Source: Thermoplasmata archaeon
GTDB taxonomy: Archaea > Thermoplasmatota > Thermoplasmata > Lutacidiplasmatales > UBA184
NCBI GenBank assembly: GCA_021791335.1
Contig: JAJYWS010000023.1
Coordinates: 1 to 49,323, forward strand
Direction of reading: 5' to 3'
Length of the DNA stretch: 49,323 nt
This document shows positions 1 through 9,073 of this stretch, piece by piece. The translations under genes were made by a program, and so were the position numbers. Every line of letters starts with the position of its first letter. Within the stretch, counting starts at the first letter, position 1. Under the pieces are notes generated by a model, which was not told the DNA's origin, did no database searches, and saw only the letters and a list, made by a program, of their open reading frames with translations.

Positions 1-575
1 TGGGCGAGGCCTCCGAGACCGGGGTTCGGGCGAAGATCTCCCCCTTCCGGAAGCCCCGATCGGATGGATTGCCTTCCTTTGCGAAGGCGAACGGGAACTA
101 CCTTAACGGGTACATCGCCGGAGTCGACGCCCAGACCGACGGCTACGATGAGGCCATCCTACTGGATACGAACGGCTACGTCGCGGAGGGTACCGGCGAA
201 AACGTCTTCCTGGTCCGGGACGGCGTAGTCTACACCCCTGGGCCGCCGTCGGAGATTCTCCTCGGTGTCACCCGGGACTCTGTGCTGCGCATTGCCAAGG
301 ATCTCGGACTGGAGTGCGTCGAGCGTTTGATTTCGGTCAACGAGCTGCTGACGGCTGATGAGGTGTTCTTCTCGGGGACCTACGCCGAGATCGCCCCCGT
401 GCGGGAGGTGGGACGTCATCAGATCGGGGACGGGAAGACCGGGCCCATCACTCGGGAGATCGCCGCCCGATACATGCGGGTCGTCCACGGAGAGGATCCC
501 AACTACGGGGAGTGGCTCACCCCCGTCCCGGCCGCCGGGAAGTTGGCCCCCCCGGTCGCCCGGACCCGACGGTAG
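1..575 (+). CDS. ilvE: Branched-chain amino acid aminotransferase (PLP fold IV), 5'-truncated by window edge
   Basis: Frame is open from position 3; motifs AKANGNY (PLP lysine), DEAILLD, EGTGENVF, LLGVTR, EVFFSGT. Confidence 0.9.
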   Translation, partial: GEASETGVRAKISPFRKPRSDGLPSFAKANGNYLNGYIAGVDAQTDGYDEAILLDTNGYVAEGTGENVFLVRDGVVYTPGPPSEILLGVTRDSVLRIAKDLGLECVERLISVNELLTADEVFFSGTYAEIAPVREVGRHQIGDGKTGPITREIAARYMRVVHGEDPNYGEWLTPVPAAGKLAPPVARTRR

Positions 576-577
576 TC

Positions 578-919
578 ATGCCGTTTCCCGAGTCGGTCCG
601 GCGTCTTCCCAAGGGTAACCTTGCCGGGATCGACATCTACATTCACGACAACGGGTCGAGCCAGGTGCTCTTTTTCGAGTTGCCTCCCGGCCGGCCGGAG
701 GTATCGGTCCCGACCCATACTCACGACGTGGAGTGGGGCGTGGTGGTCGAGGGCCGGATCGACATGACGATCGACGGCCGCACCGAAGCCCATCCCGCCG
801 GGACCACCCACTGGATTCCGGCCCAGGTTCCCCACAGCTTCCGCTTCCATCCGGGCACCTCGAGTATCCACTACTTCGTGGAGCGCCGGGTTCCCCTGCC
901 GGGCGAAGTTCGGGCCTGA
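578..919 (+). CDS. Cupin domain protein
   Basis: PTHTH...EWGVVVEG and WIPAQVPHS cupin motifs; ATG at 578 directly after the ilvE stop. Confidence 0.85.
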   Translation: MPFPESVRRLPKGNLAGIDIYIHDNGSSQVLFFELPPGRPEVSVPTHTHDVEWGVVVEGRIDMTIDGRTEAHPAGTTHWIPAQVPHSFRFHPGTSSIHYFVERRVPLPGEVRA

Positions 920-1007
920 TCGGTACGTACCCCTCCTCAAAAGCGGTCCGTGACCTCGGGGATCGGAGGCTCGGGTGTCCGGTTCGGTGCTCTTGTACAC
1001 ACCGGGG

Positions 1008-1967
1008 ATGCTTCCCTTTGCCCTCGTCGCGATCCCCATGGTCGTGGTGGAGGTCTATCTCCTGACCCAGCTGGTCCCGCGATCCGGCGCTCCGCCCACG
1101 TTGACCCGCATGCTCATCGCCGGGTCGGCCCTGATCGGTTCCGCGGGCCTCCTGATGGCCTGCCTGTACGTCATCCTCTCACCCAACTACAGCACCTACA
1201 CGGCCGTCTTCTGGGCCTTTAACTTCATGATGATGGCGCCGCTCGGCTTCTGGGTCATCGGGGTCATCCTCCTACGGGACCGCCCAATGAATCCCCGGAA
1301 CCCGTTCTGGCCCATCCTGATCGCCCTCCTGGCCACCACTGCCGAGATCCTGATGGGTGTCCTGTTCACGGTGGGGGCCTCAGATCTCTACGCCTTCCTT
1401 CCGGTGATGGCCGGCACCTTCACGACCATCTGGTTCCTCTGGTCGATGGTCGCCGCCATGGTGGCGATGCTGTTCTGGATCCCGCTGCGGCCCTCGGTTC
1501 GGCGGCCGCTCCTCGGGCTCACGCTCTCCGGGGTTGTGGCACCCTGGGTGGTGGTCGCTCCGCTGACCGGGGCCGTCCTGATGACCGGGGCGATGTTGGT
1601 GACCTTCGCCCTTCTGGCCTACCAAGCATGGTCGACGCCGCTGCCCAGCAGCGGCGGCTTGGGTCTGCCCGGGTGGATCGTGCTTTCGTTCCTGGCGACC
1701 TCCATCGCCGGCTACCTGGTGATCCTCGCGCCCGGGACCTCGGCCGCCCTCGGGTTCGGCGGGGTCATGGCCGCGGTCATGACCGGGGAGTTTGCCTTCA
1801 TTCTTTGGGAGGGCTACTCCCGTCTGGAGCCGCTCCCCGAGACCCACGGCCGGCCCAGCTGGGGGATGATCCCCGTGGCTCCCTACCCTCGGGGGGGCCC
1901 GGTCCTGCCCGACCCTTCCCCGGCCGAGCCGGTGGAGGCCTCAGCCCATCGATCCCTCGGCGACTGA
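1008..1967 (+). CDS. Multi-pass membrane protein, paralog of the N-terminal membrane domain of the 1987-4086 polyferredoxin
   Basis: About 9-10 hydrophobic segments; shares EILMG / WFxxxM / RPxxR segments with the neighbouring gene; start could be GTG 975. Confidence 0.75.
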   Translation: MLPFALVAIPMVVVEVYLLTQLVPRSGAPPTLTRMLIAGSALIGSAGLLMACLYVILSPNYSTYTAVFWAFNFMMMAPLGFWVIGVILLRDRPMNPRNPFWPILIALLATTAEILMGVLFTVGASDLYAFLPVMAGTFTTIWFLWSMVAAMVAMLFWIPLRPSVRRPLLGLTLSGVVAPWVVVAPLTGAVLMTGAMLVTFALLAYQAWSTPLPSSGGLGLPGWIVLSFLATSIAGYLVILAPGTSAALGFGGVMAAVMTGEFAFILWEGYSRLEPLPETHGRPSWGMIPVAPYPRGGPVLPDPSPAEPVEASAHRSLGD

Positions 1968-1986
1968 GCGAGCGGCGCGGGACGAC

Positions 1987-4086
1987 TCACTTGGCCAGCG
2001 GCGCCGAGCGATTGGGGGGCGCGGACCGTACCATCGGCAGCTGGGTGTCCCGGGGGGAGAGGGCCGGGAGGCGGGAAGCGGGGCGGCCGAACCGCGCCCG
2101 GATCCAGTGTCGCACGTCATGGATGTAGATGTTGTCGTACGGGCAGGACTCGATGCAGTCCCCCACACCGCAGCACTTGGAACTCCGGAACTCCCCCTGG
2201 GTTCGGAAATACCCGGGCATGTCGACGAGCCCGATCGGGCAGGCCCGAGCACAGTCCAGGGTGGTGCATGCCTTGCAGACCTCCCGGTCCTTGACCTTGA
2301 GCCGGAACAGGCCCAACCGGCGGTTCGAGACGGCTTGACCCACCATGCCCCAGTGGCACCAGCCGAGCGTGACGCAGTTGTAGGTCCCAACGAAGGGGAC
2401 CGTCACGAAGAGGAGATACCAGACCACCCCGAAGTTGAGGTTGTAGAGGAAGACCGTCGGGTCGGCCCCGGCAATCGCCACATGGAGTGAACCGATGGAG
2501 TCCAGGTACGAGAGTACGGTGACGCTCAGAACGGCCGTGAGGGCGACCGCGCCGGTGATCGAGAAGGCGGCCGAAAACCGGCTCCCCAGGTACTTGTGTC
2601 CGACCGGGGAACTCCGGTTGAACGACTTCATCCCGTCCATCAGCGTTCCTTGGTACATCAGCGGGGCCATCCCGCAGAGCACCGAACAGAGCGCCCTCCG
2701 TCCAAAGAGAAAGCAGAGGCCCGCGACCAGCAGGTAGGTCCCGAGCACGGCCAGGATCACCGAGGCGGCGAGGGCTCCCCCGCTCCCGATCCCCATCGTC
2801 CATCCCAGAAACGGGAGGGTGGCCAGGGCCGGGACGCCGGGAATCGTGGACCAGAATCCGGGGATGAGCACGGTGGTGGAAGCGAAGACCCCGACCAGGA
2901 TCCAGAGTCGGAGCCGCAGCTCCCGGTGGCGGGTCTCCCGGATCTTGAAGTAGACCAGAGCCCCCATCTCGATGCCCATCATCACGAGGAACCACGCCGA
3001 GGCCGTGACGGTGGCGAGCCACCAGAATGCGTTGGCGAAGAGGTGCGCTCCCACGGCGAGCGGGGGTCCCATCAGGGGCAGGGCCGGGACCGTGCTGAGC
3101 CAGGCCCCGCCGGTCACCTGGACATCGAGGAGGGCGCCCATGAACACCTCGGTGACAAAGACCGTTCCGAGGAGCCCGAAGGTCCATCGGGGGGATCTCG
3201 CCCACGCCCAGGATGGGCCGTCGGAAAACCGGTCCAGCCCGAGGAGCGCGTCGAAGAACAGTACCATCTCGAGGATGAGGACGAGGGCGAACAGGGGCAG
3301 CCAACCGTACGCCACCCAGAGGTAGAGCCCCGCCATCATGAACGCGTAGAGGCCCACCAGGAGGAGGGCATAGGTCGCGAACCCCCGGGGAAACTCCTCG
3401 TGACGGGCCACGAATTCGAGCAGGTAGATCACGAACGCGATCATGACCGCGCTGCCCCCGTACACGGCCACCGCCACCCAGGCCCCGGACGCCAGGGCCG
3501 GCGGGGACAAGACCATCAACAGGCCCTGGAGCAGCAGGACGATCCGGATCTCCGGCCGGATCCGCGCCCGGAGGAAGTGGGCACTCAGCAGCATCTCGCC
3601 GCCCATCGTGAAGATGAACCAGGGCGAGACGACCACCGACTCGAGGAACGGGACCGCCCCCTGGTTCAGGGGGATCGATAGGCCGGCGGCCAGGGAGAAG
3701 ACCCATCCCATCAGGAACTCATTGACCAGGACCAAGCCGATCGTTCCGACGACGTAGCCCGCCGGACGGAAGGGGGCGTCCGGAGGGGGAGTCCCGTGGG
3801 CGGCTCGGAGGCGGACCTCTCGGGTCAGGACGTAGATCAGGGGGAAGACGAACGCCGACATCAGAATGGCCGCGAACCAGAAGCCCTCGGCGAGCGAGAC
3901 CGAACTCGGGTTCAGGAAGTAGATGAGGGCGCCCGCGAACATCGCGGCCATCATGGCCAGGAGGAACAGGATCGCCCCCGCATACGACGCCGTCCGGGCC
4001 GAGGCCGCCCACCGGACCAGGACGGCTGTCGTGTAGGCCATGGCGGCAGCCAGGAGGCTCAGGACGACCGTTCCGGTGAGATCCAT
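1987..4086 (-). CDS. Membrane-bound 4Fe-4S binding protein (NapH/CcoG/FoxG-like polyferredoxin)
   Basis: Many TM segments; C-terminal CKACTTLDCARACP and CCGVGDCIESCP; membrane-proximal RRALCSVLC and NCVTLGWC motifs. Confidence 0.8.
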   Translation of the reverse strand: MDLTGTVVLSLLAAAMAYTTAVLVRWAASARTASYAGAILFLLAMMAAMFAGALIYFLNPSSVSLAEGFWFAAILMSAFVFPLIYVLTREVRLRAAHGTPPPDAPFRPAGYVVGTIGLVLVNEFLMGWVFSLAAGLSIPLNQGAVPFLESVVVSPWFIFTMGGEMLLSAHFLRARIRPEIRIVLLLQGLLMVLSPPALASGAWVAVAVYGGSAVMIAFVIYLLEFVARHEEFPRGFATYALLLVGLYAFMMAGLYLWVAYGWLPLFALVLILEMVLFFDALLGLDRFSDGPSWAWARSPRWTFGLLGTVFVTEVFMGALLDVQVTGGAWLSTVPALPLMGPPLAVGAHLFANAFWWLATVTASAWFLVMMGIEMGALVYFKIRETRHRELRLRLWILVGVFASTTVLIPGFWSTIPGVPALATLPFLGWTMGIGSGGALAASVILAVLGTYLLVAGLCFLFGRRALCSVLCGMAPLMYQGTLMDGMKSFNRSSPVGHKYLGSRFSAAFSITGAVALTAVLSVTVLSYLDSIGSLHVAIAGADPTVFLYNLNFGVVWYLLFVTVPFVGTYNCVTLGWCHWGMVGQAVSNRRLGLFRLKVKDREVCKACTTLDCARACPIGLVDMPGYFRTQGEFRSSKCCGVGDCIESCPYDNIYIHDVRHWIRARFGRPASRLPALSPRDTQLPMVRSAPPNRSAPLAK

Positions 4087-4116
4087 CGAGCTCCCGCCTC
4101 CGCCGGGCCCGTGGGC

Positions 4117-5391
4117 CTATTGAGTCGGGGCCGATCCGCTCGCCATCGCAGGGCTGGGGCTGGCCGGGGAGTGACGGGCCACGGTCCAGAGCAGCGGCCG
4201 GAGCGCCAAGTGGGGGCGCACGGCCAGCAGGATCGCATAGCCTCCCAGGAGCAGATACTCAAACCCCCAGCGGAGCGCCAGCCCGATGGATACACTCCCC
4301 CCGGAAGTGACGGCTCCCCAGCTCGCGGGGGCGCCCACCGCGCCGAGTAGGAGATTGACCCACCCATACCACCCCGAAGACGACAGAGGGGGAGGCAGTC
4401 CAAGGGCCAAGGTAAGGCCGCCCACGAGCAGGAGGCCGCGGAGCAGCCCCGGAACCCACCGGGAGCGGCCCTGCCACGCCACCCACCGAGAGACGGCCAA
4501 GGGAGCCAGAGCGGCCGCCCCGATCAGGGCGGGGACCAGGGCGTACTGGAACATCCAGCCCCCCAGCACCGCGGCCGACGCCCCGAATGGGGGAATATTG
4601 ATCCATTGGGCGACCATCGTCATAGCCATCAGGACCGCGGTGCCCAAGAGGGCGATCCGGAGGACACCCCCTAGGGCAAAACGAGGCGAAAGCGGGGGCA
4701 TGGCCGGCGCGGGCTGCGGGCTGGTCTCAGCTCCCCACAGGGCGCCGTAGACGGAGATCAACTGCTCCTGGGCAATCAGGGCGACCCACAACACCGCCAT
4801 CTGGAAGACCCCGAGATACCAGCTGTTCGCAAGCAGGTTGTACGAGGTGGTCCCGCTGGCATGGGCGATCAGGGTGATCCCGGCAGTGGCCGCCGCCGAG
4901 GTCGAACAACAGGCGCCGAGGGTGATGAACGCGATGATGGCCGGGGAGAGACCGGCCACCGATCCGAGCGCGGTGGCTCCCGCAGCCTCGCTCCGGCGGC
5001 TCCTCAATAGCCGGACGGTCAGGAGGACCGCCACCCCCATCCCGAGGCCGACGCCGGCGGAAACCACCACCATCGCGACGGTCGCAAAGAAGGGTAGTGT
5101 CACAACGCCCCATGGGGCGACCAACAGAAGGCCCGGATAATTCCACGGGGCCTGGCCCGTTCCGCTTCCCCACAGCACGAAGAGGCCGTACTGGGACCGG
5201 ACCGTCCCGAGCACGATCATGCCACCAAAGAACATCGCCACCAAGGCGTAGCCGATGGCGATGCTCGCCGCCAAGACCCACCCTCCGGGAACCCGCAGCA
5301 CCGCCCGACTGCGTTGAAGCAGGGCCACAGAAGCTGCCCGTGGGGCCAAGGAGGTTCCTCCCATAGGTGCACTACTGGCTCCGATGACCAC
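4117..5391 (-). CDS. Multi-pass membrane protein with vicinal Cys motif (GACCSTS)
   Basis: 424-aa hydrophobic ORF; AT-rich TATA-like element near 5402-5408; lies upstream of the polyferredoxin on the same strand. Confidence 0.7.
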   Translation of the reverse strand: MVIGASSAPMGGTSLAPRAASVALLQRSRAVLRVPGGWVLAASIAIGYALVAMFFGGMIVLGTVRSQYGLFVLWGSGTGQAPWNYPGLLLVAPWGVVTLPFFATVAMVVVSAGVGLGMGVAVLLTVRLLRSRRSEAAGATALGSVAGLSPAIIAFITLGACCSTSAAATAGITLIAHASGTTSYNLLANSWYLGVFQMAVLWVALIAQEQLISVYGALWGAETSPQPAPAMPPLSPRFALGGVLRIALLGTAVLMAMTMVAQWINIPPFGASAAVLGGWMFQYALVPALIGAAALAPLAVSRWVAWQGRSRWVPGLLRGLLLVGGLTLALGLPPPLSSSGWYGWVNLLLGAVGAPASWGAVTSGGSVSIGLALRWGFEYLLLGGYAILLAVRPHLALRPLLWTVARHSPASPSPAMASGSAPTQ

Positions 5392-5472
5392 GGCCCGACT
5401 CCTTATACACGGGACGTTCCTACTGAACGAACGCTCCGGGCCCCGACCGATTCCTCCGACCCTGCGGCAACG

Positions 5473-5844
5473 TCAGGCCCGCCAGACTAGGTCGATCTGG
5501 AGGCCGTCCGGCCCCCGAAGGCTCAGGGTACGGCCGGCCTCGTCCTCTCGTTCGTCCTGAATGACGGCCCGGCTCCTCATCACCCGGTTACGGAGACCCA
5601 GCCACTCATTGACACGGAGCGCAACCCGCTGAGCTCCAGGCTTGGGACTCCCCGGGGCCAGGCAGCGTAGACCCAGGGTCTGCTCCCCACACTGAACTAC
5701 GGCATAGGCCGGGGCGCTCGCAATCAGGGACATTCCCATCTGCTCCGTGAAGAACCGCACTGCCTTCGTCAGATCCCGGACCAGCAGATCGGCATGGTCG
5801 ATTCCCGTCAACCCGAAGTCGTGCGGAGGCCGCTTAGTGGCCAT
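5473..5844 (-). CDS. VOC / glyoxalase family protein
   Basis: GIDHADLLVRDLTKAVRFFTEQMG N-terminal motif and C-terminal GPDGLQIDL. Confidence 0.8.
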   Translation of the reverse strand: MATKRPPHDFGLTGIDHADLLVRDLTKAVRFFTEQMGMSLIASAPAYAVVQCGEQTLGLRCLAPGSPKPGAQRVALRVNEWLGLRNRVMRSRAVIQDEREDEAGRTLSLRGPDGLQIDLVWRA

Positions 5845-5907
5845 AGGCGCTCCCCCCCTCGGTACGACCGATTGGGGCTTCAGGCTCGGGATAGATCATC
5901 GGTTCCC

Positions 5908-6132
5908 TTACTTCACCCGAAGCAGGATGGTCCCGCAGGATCGGCACCGTTCCCCGGCCAAGTTGGCCGAAAAGGTGCCGGAGAACCCCGTCGGAACGAG
6001 CACCTCTAGGTCGGTCGGCCGCAGACGACGCTCGGCCGCCGAGTGAGACCAGAACAGGCCAGATCCGTTGGTAGTAGAGACGAAACCCTTCTCGACTGGT
6101 CCGTGACACTGGGCGCAGGTACTCGCACTCAT
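5908..6132 (-). CDS. Small Zn-ribbon protein (DUF6487-like)
   Basis: N-terminal CAQC..VEKGFV, central LFW and C-terminal RCRSCG pattern. Confidence 0.7.
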   Translation of the reverse strand: MSASTCAQCHGPVEKGFVSTTNGSGLFWSHSAAERRLRPTDLEVLVPTGFSGTFSANLAGERCRSCGTILLRVK

Positions 6133-6332
6133 GGAGCAATCCAGCGAGCGAAGTTCGCATATGTAATTTCGCCTCCCCTCTAACTGCGGCCGTTCGTCAC
6201 ATTGGGTCAGGCAGTCAGCGGGACCCGCCGAAGGACTTCGGTACGGCGAAGGGGTGGCAATGGGACCGGAAATCGGGCGCTCCGTCCGGTTCCACCGAAT
6301 GGACTATTAACCGGGCTCCCTTCAAGGCACCA

Positions 6333-7913
6333 GTGGCGCTCGTCAGCTCCACCAACCCAGCGGTTCGCCGTCAAGGCCGGTTCCCAAGGCGACCTAGCCG
6401 GAAGGTCATCCTACCAGCGGCAGCGCTCTCCATTCTCATAGTATTCGGACTGTTTGGGCCCGCAGTTCTGCATCTGCCGGGTGCCCCCTTTCCAGGGGCA
6501 ACGTCCAACGCAGCCTCCTCCTATGTTGTAACGTTTCGCGAAGCCGGCCTTGCCAACAGCACTACCTGGTCCGTCTCTATCAACAGCGTCGTTTTCACAA
6601 CAAATACATCCGTTATCAAGGCGAGCGCCCCTGTGGGCACACAAGACTACATCGTATCGGTACCTGCTAGCTATTCCGGCCCAAGGTACGGGAACTTTAC
6701 GGTGGTAAATGCGCCGATCAACGTCACCCTGGACTACCACTACAATTGCCCGGTTCTGATTCGTGAAACCGGCCTTCCTTCGGGGGCTCTCTGGTGGGCA
6801 AATGTAACGAATGGCTCAGGCTACCGGTCCTACTTTTCTCGGGGGCCCACCGTCAACTGGACCGGGTTTCCCGGGACCTACCAGTATTCTGTGGGAACGT
6901 CGAGCACGGGATATGGGCCCGCCAATCTGTCTAACCAATTTGTGCTGGGGCCATCGGGTTATCGAGGGAACGTTTCGTTTCGGCAGGCCGTCTACCGCAT
7001 GAATTTCACCGCCGTGGGACTGGCGACCGGATCGGCCTGGGTCTTGAACCTGACCGACCCGAACGGAACGGTGGTGCGGAACACGATCACCGTCCCCACT
7101 CTGAGCGTATTCGGGCCGGGAGGGACCTACCTGTTCGCGGCCAGCGCAGTGGGTTACACGGTAACGCCCGGTTTCGGGGCGGTGATCGCAGGGCCCCAGA
7201 ACACCAGCCAGGCCTTCCTCTTCCGACCGGCGCGCGCCTCGGTCGCGTTCGCCGAATCCGGCCTCCCAATGGGAAACCGCTGGTGGGTCAACCTGACCGC
7301 GGCCAACGAAAGCCGCCTCTCCGGGACCTCGACGGGCAGCTGGGTCAACTTCTCGCTGCCGGCCGGGACCTTTTCATTCACGGTCGGGGCGGGGGGATTC
7401 TCCCCCACGCCGGCCTCGGGGTCGTTCACCCTGACGGCTCTGGGTTATGGACGGGCGATCGTCTTTGTCTCCACGACGCCCGGGCGACTGGAGCTTCAGG
7501 TCCTCCCCCGCCAGGCGGACCTTACCATCGGGGGACAACGCGTCAACCTCTCGGCCAACGGCACCGTTGCCCTTCCCCTCGCCCCGGGCGTCTATCCGAT
7601 CGTGGCGCTGGCGACCGGTTTCGCGCCGTACTTCACGAATGTTTCGATCCGCTCCGGGGCCACCCAAAACCTGACCATCGGAATGACCGCATTGCCGGCG
7701 GCGCCGGCCTCAACTCCCTTCAACTATATCGGGCCCCTGGGGATCATCCTGATCGGTGTGCTCCTCGCCACCGCCGTGGCTCTGTCGGTGGCGCTGGTCA
7801 TGGCCTGGCGACGTCGGCCCCCGTCCACCCCGGCCGAGGATCCACCCGAGATGGACGTCGACGAAGACCTCTCGGAAACCTGGCTGACCGAGACGGACGA
7901 TCTGCCTCCGTAA
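6333..7913 (+). CDS. Membrane-anchored surface glycoprotein with thermopsin C-terminal-like beta-sandwich repeats and a PEGA-like domain
   Basis: N-terminal hydrophobic signal; four repeats of the type F/I-x-E-x-G-L-x-x-G-x-x-W-x-V-N; many NxT/S sequons; C-terminal TM helix and acidic tail; TATTAA near 6306. Confidence 0.8.
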   Translation: MALVSSTNPAVRRQGRFPRRPSRKVILPAAALSILIVFGLFGPAVLHLPGAPFPGATSNAASSYVVTFREAGLANSTTWSVSINSVVFTTNTSVIKASAPVGTQDYIVSVPASYSGPRYGNFTVVNAPINVTLDYHYNCPVLIRETGLPSGALWWANVTNGSGYRSYFSRGPTVNWTGFPGTYQYSVGTSSTGYGPANLSNQFVLGPSGYRGNVSFRQAVYRMNFTAVGLATGSAWVLNLTDPNGTVVRNTITVPTLSVFGPGGTYLFAASAVGYTVTPGFGAVIAGPQNTSQAFLFRPARASVAFAESGLPMGNRWWVNLTAANESRLSGTSTGSWVNFSLPAGTFSFTVGAGGFSPTPASGSFTLTALGYGRAIVFVSTTPGRLELQVLPRQADLTIGGQRVNLSANGTVALPLAPGVYPIVALATGFAPYFTNVSIRSGATQNLTIGMTALPAAPASTPFNYIGPLGIILIGVLLATAVALSVALVMAWRRRPPSTPAEDPPEMDVDEDLSETWLTETDDLPP

Positions 7914-7923
7914 GGAGCGCGGA

Positions 7924-8991
7924 CTAACGACGGGTGCGGCGGATCCGCACCTCGTCGCCCGACCAGTCGAACCGGAGCCGGGGACGCGGCTGCCAGACGC
8001 GGCGTCGGTCCCAGAGCGCTCCCGCAAGCAACGGGAGACCGATGGACGCGTCGAGATGGGCCATGGCCCGAGTGGCGGTGGGGGAGATCTTGCCCCACGA
8101 CTGGGCCTCGTCCAGCGTGCTACCGGAAAGTCCGCCCCAGTGCGGGACATCGGTGGTCAGCTGGAGGGCGTAGTAGTGGCCCTCGCCCTCCCGGCCGAAC
8201 GCGTAGTTGGCCATGACGATCCCGTCGTTGATCCAGTTCTTGGGTGTGCCCCCACCGATGTAGACCACGGCCGTGCGGGGCGACTGCCCCAGGATCTGAA
8301 CCAGCTCGTAGTTGTCCCGGATCGAGTCGAGGATGAACCGGTCGGCGCGGCGACGGTTCTTCTGGTAGTAGAGGGTAAGGCCGATGCCGATCGAACTGTC
8401 GATGAGCGCGGGAGAGAAAATGGGGATCCCCCGCCGTGCGGCGGTCGAAAGGATCGACTCCGGGCTCGAGTACTTCCGCCCGAGGAACTCGAAGAACTCC
8501 CGGGAGGAGGCCGGGCGCTGCGGAAACTCCTCGGTGGCCGCTCCGATCGCCCGATCGGTCTCCTCGAACTTGAGCTCATCGACATAGGTGTCGTAGATCC
8601 GGTCGAGGTAGAGGCTCCGCAGCTGGACATCGTCGGCCCGGGGGTTGCCCTTCCAATGCTGGCCCCCGACGGTCTGGTACAGATCCTGGTACATGATCGC
8701 GCCGGTGGACACGACCACATCGACCAGACCCCAGTCGATGAGGTCCCGCAGGACCTTGCGCAGTCCGGCGGCGATCAGCGGACCGGCGAGACCCAGGAGG
8801 ATCGTCGGCCGTTTCCGATCGGTGAGCGCGTTCTCCCAGACCTCAAGGGCGCGGCCGAGGTTTCGGGCCTGGATCGAGCTGTCCCGGAACTGGTGGAGCA
8901 GATCCCCGACGCTGCCGGCCCGGGTGACGTCCACGGGTCGGACCGGTTCGCGCAGGAATTTCGATCTTCGCACGGCAACCTTGGGCGACAC
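7924..8991 (-). CDS. dys: Deoxyhypusine synthase (family)
   Basis: VSTGA, DRIYDTY, SPALIDSSIG, IGGGTPKNW, GGLSGSTLDEAQSWGK motifs. Confidence 0.9.
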   Translation of the reverse strand: MSPKVAVRRSKFLREPVRPVDVTRAGSVGDLLHQFRDSSIQARNLGRALEVWENALTDRKRPTILLGLAGPLIAAGLRKVLRDLIDWGLVDVVVSTGAIMYQDLYQTVGGQHWKGNPRADDVQLRSLYLDRIYDTYVDELKFEETDRAIGAATEEFPQRPASSREFFEFLGRKYSSPESILSTAARRGIPIFSPALIDSSIGIGLTLYYQKNRRRADRFILDSIRDNYELVQILGQSPRTAVVYIGGGTPKNWINDGIVMANYAFGREGEGHYYALQLTTDVPHWGGLSGSTLDEAQSWGKISPTATRAMAHLDASIGLPLLAGALWDRRRVWQPRPRLRFDWSGDEVRIRRTRR

Positions 8992-9073
8992 GCCCGACCA
9001 TCCGATCCGACCTATTAACGGCTCGCGCCGGACCCTGGGGCGGGGAGTGACCGGCCCCCCCTTGGGGCGATCT

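Noticed and set aside
4087-4119. TAG stops in frame with the next gene (4117->4086, 24818->24799, 36223->36222, 42246->42191), suggesting amber readthrough or pyrrolysine fusions
   Set aside because: About 4 of 9 TAG-ending genes with a same-strand neighbour are in frame, close to the 1/3 expected by chance; the downstream genes have their own starts and no internal TAG interrupts any conserved gene
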